Shown: positions 24,249-32,879 of the stretch, piece by piece
How the letters are laid out: each line of letters opens with the position of its first letter
Numbering within the stretch: position 1 is the stretch's first letter
NCBI GenBank assembly: GCA_032718475.1
Contig: JAUCBJ010008936.1
Span: forward strand, 1 to 64,000
Source of the DNA: Nemertoderma westbladi
Lineage: Eukaryota > Animalia > Xenacoelomorpha
Direction of reading: 5' to 3'
DNA: 64,000 bases
Position numbers and translations under genes: made by a program
Notes under the pieces: generated by a model
What the model was told of the DNA's origin: nothing
The model's input: only the letters and a program-made list of their open reading frames with translations
The model's database searches: none

Positions 24249-26831
24249 CTATTTCTTTTTCTGGTAAGCCTTTCGTCTCTTCGCCCGTCGACTCTCATCG
24301 ATCGCTATGGCTGGTAGAGGAGCGTCAACATCCATTGTGAGTAACACTTCGGCTTGTCTCCTGGCGGCTCTTCCTTTCGAAGGCATCGGGATCATGTCGG
24401 TTCGTCTTTCCTCTAGGAACCATTCTCCGTCACCGAACTCCTCTTTATACGAGTATAATCGTCTAATAACTTCGAATGGGCCGAATAATCCAGCGCTCAG
24501 TAGCAGATCCACGTAATGGAAAGGTAGCGTGGCCGACGTGTGGAGGCGTTCCGGGAAGGAGAAATATCCGCACGCCATCTCCTGCGCGATATTCCGAGCG
24601 TTTCTCCGAAACTTGGTCTTTAAGTGGCTGTTTGCGTATGTCTCAAACATGACCATATTGCCCATAGCGGTTACGTCTTTGGTAGGACATTTGATATAGC
24701 AGCGGGGGCTAGCGGAATGTCCACGGAAACCGCACGTGGTGCAGAGGTTATAAAGGATCGGACAGACCGAAACGTCGTGGCCCGATATCGCGCAGTATGG
24801 GCAATAGAGTATCCCGAGGAGCTGGAGGCAAGAATCGGTAACCCGATTCCTTCTGCCGCGTGGGCACTGCTCCGAGCCGCAGTCGCCGCATACCTCCAAC
24901 TGCGTTTCTCGACCGGGGAATATCGGAATCGGGACGCCGACGTAGTATTCGAGTCGTCGGTCGCTCTTCGGAATATTCTCGGTGGTCGGTAGCCCGCGGA
25001 ATGCTAGGCTTTTGCGTAGTATGTTCTCGCTCCGATAACCCTCTTTGTGTCCCGCTGGTCTCAACTCGGATGACCGTTTCTGGCGGTGGATCCATTCAGT
25101 TTGCTCGGCGTACCAACGGGTTAGTCGCATAGGGTCCTGAGGAACGGCGGGTGTAGTAGCCACCGCTGGTCGGCGAAGAGGTGCCGGGGTTTTCGACGGG
25201 GGGATACCGAGGAGATCGTCGGGTGTCGGCGCATCGCTGGGGCCTTCCTCGACCAGTATCGCTGAGCGGGTCCGTTGGTGGCTGGTACTCGGAATCTCCG
25301 ACGACCAATCTTCGCCGCCCGGGAAAGGATACGGGGATAACCGTTGGCATATGTCGCCGAAGTCGCTCAATGCAGCTGTAGTGGCTACCTCTCTCGCGGG
25401 GCTACCGGAGCCGCGTGGGGTGTAGACGCCTGCTCTCTTCATCGGTTCGGCCGAGGCAACCCGTTTGGCGGCCGGTCCGTACGCGGCCTCCGGCTCGAGT
25501 TGTCGCTTCGGGGTGGAGAGTAGAACACCCTCGTTTAGCCATATCTCTTCCCCTTCCGAAGAGATCAGAGGCTCCTCCGCACCGAGAAGTTCGGTAATCG
25601 TAGGAATGTCGTAAGGTCCGCTCTCGTCCCAGGAATCGATAACGGCGGGCGTTTTCGATTCTCCCGGTGTAATGTTCTCGACCGCTTTAAACGCATGGTT
25701 TATAACCTCGTTCCAGTCGTAGTCGACGAAGGAAAGGGGGACCGCCGTAATAAGGTTATCGAGAGTTCTACAGATAAACTTAGCGACGGTGTAGCACTCC
25801 ATAACGACGTAGATATAGCTCCGTCGATCGGGATTCTCCCACCTTTGGTGTATCGTCCACTTCCGATCGACGTCCTTCCATCGACCCTCTCGCTCGCTCT
25901 TTATCTCTAATCCCGGGTTTCCGCCGTATATTTTATTATAGTCCCGGTATTTCTGGGGTTTGAAGTCGATACCGCCGTTTAGCACAGCGAGGTAGCCGAT
26001 CCCGGATTTCGTCGGTCTCACTTCTTGGAATCCTCGCATGAATTCGGCGAATCTTAACCAGGCTAGCAGCGTTTGAGTGTCGATGCAATGGCTAAGTGCG
26101 TTGAGGTCGTTTCGTCGGTTTCTTCCTGCGGGAGCGTTCGCGTAGTCGTTCCGGACGTCCGCCTTGATATCCGACCCGATTTTAATGACGTCGAAGTCGA
26201 AGAGGATCTTTTGGATTTCCGGAGGCAGCAACCAGATCGCTCCGGCTGCCCGCACTTCCTGTCTGGGTGTCGGGAATATTTGGCACACCAGTACCAAACC
26301 GTCCAGGGTTCCGAGGACGATGACTAAGGATCGACCGTATTCTTTCGCCCCGTACTTTTCCTGGTAGTCGTCGCGGTTTTGGATAATCGATACGCGTTCC
26401 TCTCGAAGCGTCGCCGTACACTCTGACAGGTTTCCCCAGTGGGCGAGGTACGTACTCTTGTCGTCGACGAAACTTTGACATCTCACCAACGTAATCGCTT
26501 CCGAGGTGGGCGTCGCGTTTCCCTCGTTGTCGTAGATCAAACATCGGGATCTGTAGACGCTCTGCCAGAACGTTTCCCAAAACGACGAATCGTCCCCTCC
26601 GGTTGCCTTTGCGTTCCGAGTTCTTTTCAGTCTCGTACTAGCATCGGCTAACCGGAGGGCTTGTAGATTCTTAGAATCCGGTCCCTCTCGCCCGGTGAAT
26701 TTAATGACTCGCACGTTCTCATTTAGCAGGGTGCTCCAATTTGTATCAAAGTCAGGGGATCCGGGTTGCGAATATTCCAGTAGATCTATCGTGTTACGTA
26801 ATTCGCCGATAATTTGGCGATTTGGGTCCAT
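24249..26831 (-). CDS. ORF3 of element B: DEDDy-like 3'-5' exonuclease domain plus zinc knuckles (860 aa)
   Basis: CLIYDNEG, LPPEIQKILFDFDVIKIGSDIKAD, CIDT, KSGIGYLA...DFK, YVVME; CGDCGSEQC, CPYCAISGHDVSVC, CTTCGFRGHSASPRC. Homologous to 1861-5568. Confidence 0.8.
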   Translation of the reverse strand: MDPNRQIIGELRNTIDLLEYSQPGSPDFDTNWSTLLNENVRVIKFTGREGPDSKNLQALRLADASTRLKRTRNAKATGGDDSSFWETFWQSVYRSRCLIYDNEGNATPTSEAITLVRCQSFVDDKSTYLAHWGNLSECTATLREERVSIIQNRDDYQEKYGAKEYGRSLVIVLGTLDGLVLVCQIFPTPRQEVRAAGAIWLLPPEIQKILFDFDVIKIGSDIKADVRNDYANAPAGRNRRNDLNALSHCIDTQTLLAWLRFAEFMRGFQEVRPTKSGIGYLAVLNGGIDFKPQKYRDYNKIYGGNPGLEIKSEREGRWKDVDRKWTIHQRWENPDRRSYIYVVMECYTVAKFICRTLDNLITAVPLSFVDYDWNEVINHAFKAVENITPGESKTPAVIDSWDESGPYDIPTITELLGAEEPLISSEGEEIWLNEGVLLSTPKRQLEPEAAYGPAAKRVASAEPMKRAGVYTPRGSGSPAREVATTAALSDFGDICQRLSPYPFPGGEDWSSEIPSTSHQRTRSAILVEEGPSDAPTPDDLLGIPPSKTPAPLRRPAVATTPAVPQDPMRLTRWYAEQTEWIHRQKRSSELRPAGHKEGYRSENILRKSLAFRGLPTTENIPKSDRRLEYYVGVPIPIFPGRETQLEVCGDCGSEQCPRGRRNRVTDSCLQLLGILYCPYCAISGHDVSVCPILYNLCTTCGFRGHSASPRCYIKCPTKDVTAMGNMVMFETYANSHLKTKFRRNARNIAQEMACGYFSFPERLHTSATLPFHYVDLLLSAGLFGPFEVIRRLYSYKEEFGDGEWFLEERRTDMIPMPSKGRAARRQAEVLLTMDVDAPLPAIAIDESRRAKRRKAYQKKK

Positions 26832-27388
26832 ATTTACGATTATATCCGTTACAAATTAGATCAGTTAATTATAAGTCCAGAAAGTCTGAAACTATAGCGA
26901 TAGCAGAATAATTCAGTTTTTATTTAATTCAGTTTATCAAATAATATTGCTATATAGACATCTATCATCTTATTGCTAATACATTCAGCATTTACAGTTA
27001 CTATAGCTATACATAATATCCAACCAGTTTTTTTATGACTTTTTTGTCCTTTCTTTTTTCCAATTCTTTTCTTTGACCTTTTTTATGCCTTTTTTTTTGT
27101 CTTTTTTCATTTCATTATTATTTCATCTCATTTCATTTATTTCCACATATATTTCAACATTTAGTTCCACCATTTATTTCACATTTATTTATTTCCACAT
27201 CATCATTGGGTTTATAGCCCCCCGGCTATCATCATTTGTTATAAGCGCAGCACCATGGTGCGCATCATTTCATTTTCATCAGCATACGCGTCATCATTCA
27301 AGTTTATAGTAGAGTTGTCTGATCCTTTTCATCATTTCCAACTATATTCAATCATTTTCTTTGGTTAATCTTTGTCGTGGAAGGGGTG

Positions 27389-27798
27389 TTACGCGGCAAT
27401 CTGGGATCTACAGCTGGACTCGTTACACCGCCTACGCCCCAAACTGCGCACGTAATGGACAATGACGACGCTGGGAGTGAAGTCACGTGGATGCACCATG
27501 GACCCACCAGAATAACACTCCCAACAACATAAAGCTCAGTCGACGAAGTCATGTGGGATGGGGTTACGCAACATTCTGGGATCTACAGCTGGACTCGTTA
27601 CACCGCCTACGCCCCAAAATCCACGTAACGGTCCCACCAGAATAACGCGACTGAGAAACATAAAACCCTCTATCGTCGAAGTCACGTGGATGCACCATGG
27701 ACCCACCAGAATAACGGGATAGAGGGGGTGTTGCGCGGCAATCCGGGATCTACAGCTGGACTCATTACACCGCCTACGCCCCGAACTGCGCACGCAAC
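27389..27798 (-). ncRNA. Modular structured RNA repeats (three X hairpins, three Y hairpins, one X nested in a Y) in the pol-ORF3 spacer of element B
   Basis: X at 27389-27455, 27563-27629, 27730-27798; Y at 27472-27523, 27535-27655, 27666-27726. Cores are nearly invariant while the closing stems differ in sequence but stay complementary; G-U pairs favour the minus strand. Confidence 0.65.
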
Positions 27799-28078
27799 GG
27801 ACAACATAACATACTGCAATGAATACAATGAATTCCACTTCAAATCTTTTCCATTTCCAATAATCCAATATCGTTGGTCCCAATGACCAAAATCAGGGTA
27901 AACAATACATAAACGACCCTGCGTCAGCCGAAACATCTGCAGGGTGATGCTGGACTCCACATAACACACGAGGAAACACAAATACCATTGCGTGGTTACA
28001 GTTGGTTTAAAGGGGGTCCATAATTCGTTGTCGATAAATCACAGTTTTATAAGAGTTTGTCAACATGATGAGAAGGGT

Positions 28079-31000
28079 TTACACGGTTTTGTAATTGTCA
28101 CCAATGTCTGCAGCAGGATCCGTAGTAGGGAACTTATCACCTCTTGTAGAATCACCACTGTCATTGCCTTCAAGAAGGCACAGCTTCTGGATAGGGCGTT
28201 GGTAGTGGCCCTTTGCCGTTCGTATCGTCACAGTCCTCGCAAGTCCGTCTTTGCTTGGGTGTATGGTCACGACCCGCGCCACAGGCCAGTGAACGCGGTC
28301 TTTGAGATCTTCTTTAACTAGTACCATGTCGCCAACTGCGAAATTCCGGTAGGTGTTGTTCCATTTCCTCCTGGTCCGGAGGGTTATGAGGTACTCCTGG
28401 GCCCAAATTCTCCACCAATGCGCTGCCAACGCTTGGGCCTTTTTCCAGTTTGTATGTTTCGCGATCTCGTTGGGATCCGGGAACATGGTTTCCGGGAGGA
28501 GGTGGGTTTTGGGTCTCCCCAGTAAGTGGTTAGGAGTGAGGGGTTCCAGGTCTGTGGGGTCGTCGCGGATAGGAACAATGGGTCGGTTGTTCAGGGTAGC
28601 CGTGATCTCGCAGAATGTTGTGCGGAGGGTGTCATGGGTTACCCGGGTATCGCCTAGAGCGACGCGCATGGATCGTTTCACTAGGTCGATCAGTTTCTCC
28701 CATACCCCGCTCGTATGGGGTGCTAAGGGGGTCAGGAAGTGCCACTGTATCTGGTGTTCCTTCCAGACTTGGGATGCAGTGTTATTGGTAAACCATCCCT
28801 CAATCGCCTCTCTAAGTTCTCTTTCTCCTCCCACGAAGTTTGTACCATTATCGGAATACATGTGGCGGCATGTCCCGTTGTTCGCCACGAACCGACGCAG
28901 AGCGTTGATGAATGCGTGTTGTGTCAGATTTACCACGATATCTAAGTAAATTGCCCTAGACCTTAGGCAGGTGAAGATGGCTCCCCAGCATTTGATGTTG
29001 GATCGTCGTTCAATAACTGTGAACGGTCCGAAACAGTCCACTCCGGTGACGTAGAATGGCGGGGAATCCGCTTGTAGACGGGTGGCTGGTAAGTCGGCCA
29101 TCTTTTGGGTGATTGGTGGCGCTAGGTAACGTCTGCAGGTGAAGCAACGTTTCAACACTTTCCGGATCAGTGGCTGGATGTGAGTGATCCAATATCTTTG
29201 TCTTATATTAGCTATAATCCAATTCTGTCCTGCGTGGTGGTTGTCCTCGTGACATTGTAGAATTAATAGCTTAGCTAGTGTCGACGTTCCGGGCAGAAGC
29301 GCCGGGTATTTAACCTCATATTCGACCGGGGCGTTTGCCATCCGGGTATTCAGTCGGATCAGTCCGTCCTCTCCCATCATTGGTCTCAGTTGGTAGACTG
29401 GGCTGTCCGGTTTCAATGTTTTGCCCGCACTAAGTTGTTCCCATTCATCGGGGAAACTTTCTTTCTGGACATATCTAACAATACACTTCTCCGCGATAAT
29501 AAGTTCTTGTATATTCCGTTGAACTATCGGTTTGCTGTTTTTCCACCGTAGGAAGTTACGAAGGGTTATAACGTGGTGGACGAGCCGTCTCATGGATGAA
29601 GTTCGCTCGATCAACCGATGTAAAGACGCCGCTAGTTGAGTGATCGTCGCGACGTTATAGTGCCTGCCCGAGTCCTTTGCAGGCTCAGTCAGGCAACTAT
29701 AAATTTCCACCGCGTTGCTTCGATGGATTTTACGGATCTCTTTATCGTCCTCGGAGTATTTTCCACTATCGAGTTCGGGGTCGAATCGGGTACTCCATGT
29801 TAACTGTGGCTGCCGTAGGAATTCCGGGCCTGTAAGCCAGAGTTTACTTTTACCGAGTTGTTTTGGGGTGGCGCCTCGGCTTGATAAGTCCGCTGGGTTT
29901 TCCTTCCCGTTCACGTGATGCCACTGTTCTCGGCCGGTACACTGTTTAATCTCTGTGGCTCGGTTTGCAACAAACGTGGTGTGACGCCGTGATGGAGAGT
30001 GGAGATAATAGAGAACTATACTCGAATCTACCCAGAAGTGTTGAGATTCTATGGGGATCCGTAGGTTCCGCATGGCCATGCGATTCTGTCTTACTGCCCA
30101 AACTGCAGCTTGTAGCTCGAGTCTTGGAATCGTTGCTACGAATTCCCCGGATACTGTCTTTGCTTTGGAGAATAAGAAGCTTGTATCGCCGTTTCCATCG
30201 CTACTTAGTCTCCGTAAGAAGGTTACTACGCCGATTCCGGTATTTGAAGCATCCGAAAAGGTGTGGAGCTGGAAGATATCGGTGGGCAGTTTATCGAGGA
30301 AGAACGGTCTAGGTATCCGCATAAGATGTAGGTGTTCGAGCTGCTCCGTCCATTTTCTCCATTTGACGCTAAGGTATGGGGGAAGCTCTTCGTCCCATTC
30401 CAGTCCTTCTATCCACATTTCCTTAATCAGGTTCATTCCGGCCAAGGTTACTGGAGATATGAAATTTAGTGGGTCGAAGATTGCACTTTTTATCGACAAA
30501 CATCCCCTTTTTGTCATAGGCTTGGGTAGGGGTTTATATTTGAAGATGAATTCATCTGATTCTATGTCCCATTCAATCCCGAGTACACGATGTTCCACAT
30601 CCTCCGAATACATCTTGTTATTTTCCAGCCGGATGTCCTCCGGAAACTTTTCCATAAGTGTTTTGTCGTGGGATCTGAACTTCACGAGTGGAAACCCTCC
30701 TTTCTTTAGACATTCTACCATCCCCATTGCTAGCTGATACGCCTCATCTACATTATCCGCGCCGGCGCATCCGTCGTCCACGTAGAAGCATCGTCGAATG
30801 GTTTCTATGACGGTTGGAGGGAACTCGTTTTCGCACATGGTTGCCGTCCTCTTTAGCATGTCACTGCATGCTACCGGCGAGTCCTTAGCGCCGAAGATCC
30901 TGACGACCATACGCATTACGTCTACGTCCTTTATCGTGAGTTGGCTAATCTCCTGTTGAGTAAGCGTTTTATCCGTCCATAGGATACGTAGACAGTCCGA

Positions 31001-32878
31001 GTCTCTTGGTAATGTACGAACTTGATGAAACATGGCCTTGATGTCACAGGTGAATGCTACCCGGTTTTCCCTGAACCTGATCAATACGCCGATGAGTGTG
31101 CTATATATGTTGGGTCCCGTATAAAGTTGACTGTTTAGGGATTCGCCCTGGTACATAGCGGCAGCATCATTTACCACTCGGATTTTCCCGCCTTTGCGGG
31201 CTTCTACTACATAGTGGGTCGGGAGATAATATGTTCTTTTACCACCTTGCAGTTCGTTCCGTGGTACCATTTCTGCTAATCCATCATCGAGATATCCTTG
31301 GATTACGGTATTATACTTCTCCTTTATCTCGGGTTGGTCATTCAGCCGGCGTAGAATCCCTTTAAGTCGCCTAAGTGCCATGCTGGCGTTGTTTGCCATT
31401 GGTTTGTTTGGGTCCTTCCATAACATAGGTGAACACCAATGTCCGTCTTTAAACGTGGCCTGGTCGAGAACGTCCATACAATATTGGTCCTCTTCGGATG
31501 GGTTTTCGTCCTTTTCTGCGAACTCCTGGGTCTCCAAATTAAAATATTTCGTCATTTCTCGTTGGGTTTTCTCGGTTTCCAGGAACAAATCCTCGTCAAG
31601 ATCCGAAGCTGAGCAATAACCCACAGAGGTTACATTCTCTTTAATCTGACATTTAGGAAGGTAGGTATAGGTGTCCGTAGTTTCCTCCTTAATGCCGCAG
31701 AGTGTCCATCCCATTATTGTTCGTTCAGCATAAAATCCATCATCCTGGTTTATAGATCGAGCGATATCTCCGGTGGGGATGTGTAGTTCCGGTGTATCAA
31801 GTCCGATCAGTAGGGTGATACGGTTCACGTCCAACTGCGGACACCTCAGGTCTACATCGTCTCGGTCCAATTGTATGAGGGGGGCGTACTCGGCTGATTG
31901 TCGGAACCGCACCCGGAGGTCTGTGTGTACCAAGGCGTTCTTGATGGTTAACTTAGCCGTTTCGTAGCCCTTCATCACTCCTTCCATCTGGAGTTGCACC
32001 TCCCCGGACTCTACTTCTTTGTTATCGGTGATGGTTTGTATGGGCCGTTTACAAGGTTCATATTCTAGGCCGAGTTGCTCGAGGAAATCCCGGTCGATGA
32101 TGGTTCCGTCGGACCCGTTATCGAGGAACGCGAGTGTCGTCAAAGATTTGCCGACTCCTTGGATCCTTACTGGGATCACCTTTGCGAAGACCATGTAGCG
32201 GCGATTTATAAGATTAATCGTGGCCGAAATATTGGTTACTTGTGGTGTATCGGTGTAGATTTTAAACGGGTTGGTTTCTCTCCGTTGGGTTGTCCGGGTC
32301 CCTTTGAAGACGTGGTTTGTTTCTCCTCTTCGCCTGGCTTCGATCCGAAAGGGGAGGGTAGTAAAATCGAAGTTCGCGGGGATGTGGAGGAGCGTGTGAT
32401 GGCGTTGGTCGTTACAGACAGCACAGCATGATCTTTGGTCGCACTCCCGAACATAGTGACCTGTTCCAAGACACCGGAAGCATCCTCGGTGTTTCATTAT
32501 CGCCTCGAAGCGTGGGACGAGTTCGGCGAACTGAAACTTTCTGCAGAATTCCACTTTGTGTTTCTCCCCACAGAAGAGACAGAGCAGGGAATTTGCGATG
32601 CCTTCTCTTTCGGGTGCCCAACTCGCGAGATAACATGCCCATTCCTCAGCGGATGTCGGTTCCTCGTAGTCTTCGTCGTCGGAATCCTCGGCCATGGTAA
32701 TGGCCATCGTACTTACCGGTGGGGGGCGGAATCTCGGTTTCGGAGGGGTTATCTTACTCCTGGAGTTGCTCTCTATTCCGTCCAACTTTGCGAGACTTTG
32801 TTTTGAAAACATCGAGTCATTCATGGCTTCGGAGATATCGTCCAGGAATGCCGACATTTCAAGGAAGCTAGGTTCACG
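28079..32878 (-). CDS. pol: BEL/Pao Gag C-terminus (three Zn motifs), aspartic protease, RT, RNase H and integrase
   Basis: CLFCGEKH/CFRCLGTGH/CAVC...HHTLLH, FLDNGS, FYVDD, HTFSDAS, TIPRLEL, GVDCFGP, YSDNGTNFVG. The frame is open upstream of the Met at 32857 (REPSFLE) up to the breakpoint at ~32879. Confidence 0.96.
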   Translation of the reverse strand, partial: REPSFLEMSAFLDDISEAMNDSMFSKQSLAKLDGIESNSRSKITPPKPRFRPPPVSTMAITMAEDSDDEDYEEPTSAEEWACYLASWAPEREGIANSLLCLFCGEKHKVEFCRKFQFAELVPRFEAIMKHRGCFRCLGTGHYVRECDQRSCCAVCNDQRHHTLLHIPANFDFTTLPFRIEARRRGETNHVFKGTRTTQRRETNPFKIYTDTPQVTNISATINLINRRYMVFAKVIPVRIQGVGKSLTTLAFLDNGSDGTIIDRDFLEQLGLEYEPCKRPIQTITDNKEVESGEVQLQMEGVMKGYETAKLTIKNALVHTDLRVRFRQSAEYAPLIQLDRDDVDLRCPQLDVNRITLLIGLDTPELHIPTGDIARSINQDDGFYAERTIMGWTLCGIKEETTDTYTYLPKCQIKENVTSVGYCSASDLDEDLFLETEKTQREMTKYFNLETQEFAEKDENPSEEDQYCMDVLDQATFKDGHWCSPMLWKDPNKPMANNASMALRRLKGILRRLNDQPEIKEKYNTVIQGYLDDGLAEMVPRNELQGGKRTYYLPTHYVVEARKGGKIRVVNDAAAMYQGESLNSQLYTGPNIYSTLIGVLIRFRENRVAFTCDIKAMFHQVRTLPRDSDCLRILWTDKTLTQQEISQLTIKDVDVMRMVVRIFGAKDSPVACSDMLKRTATMCENEFPPTVIETIRRCFYVDDGCAGADNVDEAYQLAMGMVECLKKGGFPLVKFRSHDKTLMEKFPEDIRLENNKMYSEDVEHRVLGIEWDIESDEFIFKYKPLPKPMTKRGCLSIKSAIFDPLNFISPVTLAGMNLIKEMWIEGLEWDEELPPYLSVKWRKWTEQLEHLHLMRIPRPFFLDKLPTDIFQLHTFSDASNTGIGVVTFLRRLSSDGNGDTSFLFSKAKTVSGEFVATIPRLELQAAVWAVRQNRMAMRNLRIPIESQHFWVDSSIVLYYLHSPSRRHTTFVANRATEIKQCTGREQWHHVNGKENPADLSSRGATPKQLGKSKLWLTGPEFLRQPQLTWSTRFDPELDSGKYSEDDKEIRKIHRSNAVEIYSCLTEPAKDSGRHYNVATITQLAASLHRLIERTSSMRRLVHHVITLRNFLRWKNSKPIVQRNIQELIIAEKCIVRYVQKESFPDEWEQLSAGKTLKPDSPVYQLRPMMGEDGLIRLNTRMANAPVEYEVKYPALLPGTSTLAKLLILQCHEDNHHAGQNWIIANIRQRYWITHIQPLIRKVLKRCFTCRRYLAPPITQKMADLPATRLQADSPPFYVTGVDCFGPFTVIERRSNIKCWGAIFTCLRSRAIYLDIVVNLTQHAFINALRRFVANNGTCRHMYSDNGTNFVGGERELREAIEGWFTNNTASQVWKEHQIQWHFLTPLAPHTSGVWEKLIDLVKRSMRVALGDTRVTHDTLRTTFCEITATLNNRPIVPIRDDPTDLEPLTPNHLLGRPKTHLLPETMFPDPNEIAKHTNWKKAQALAAHWWRIWAQEYLITLRTRRKWNNTYRNFAVGDMVLVKEDLKDRVHWPVARVVTIHPSKDGLARTVTIRTAKGHYQRPIQKLCLLEGNDSGDSTRGDKFPTTDPAADIGDNYKTV

Positions 32879-32879
32879 T

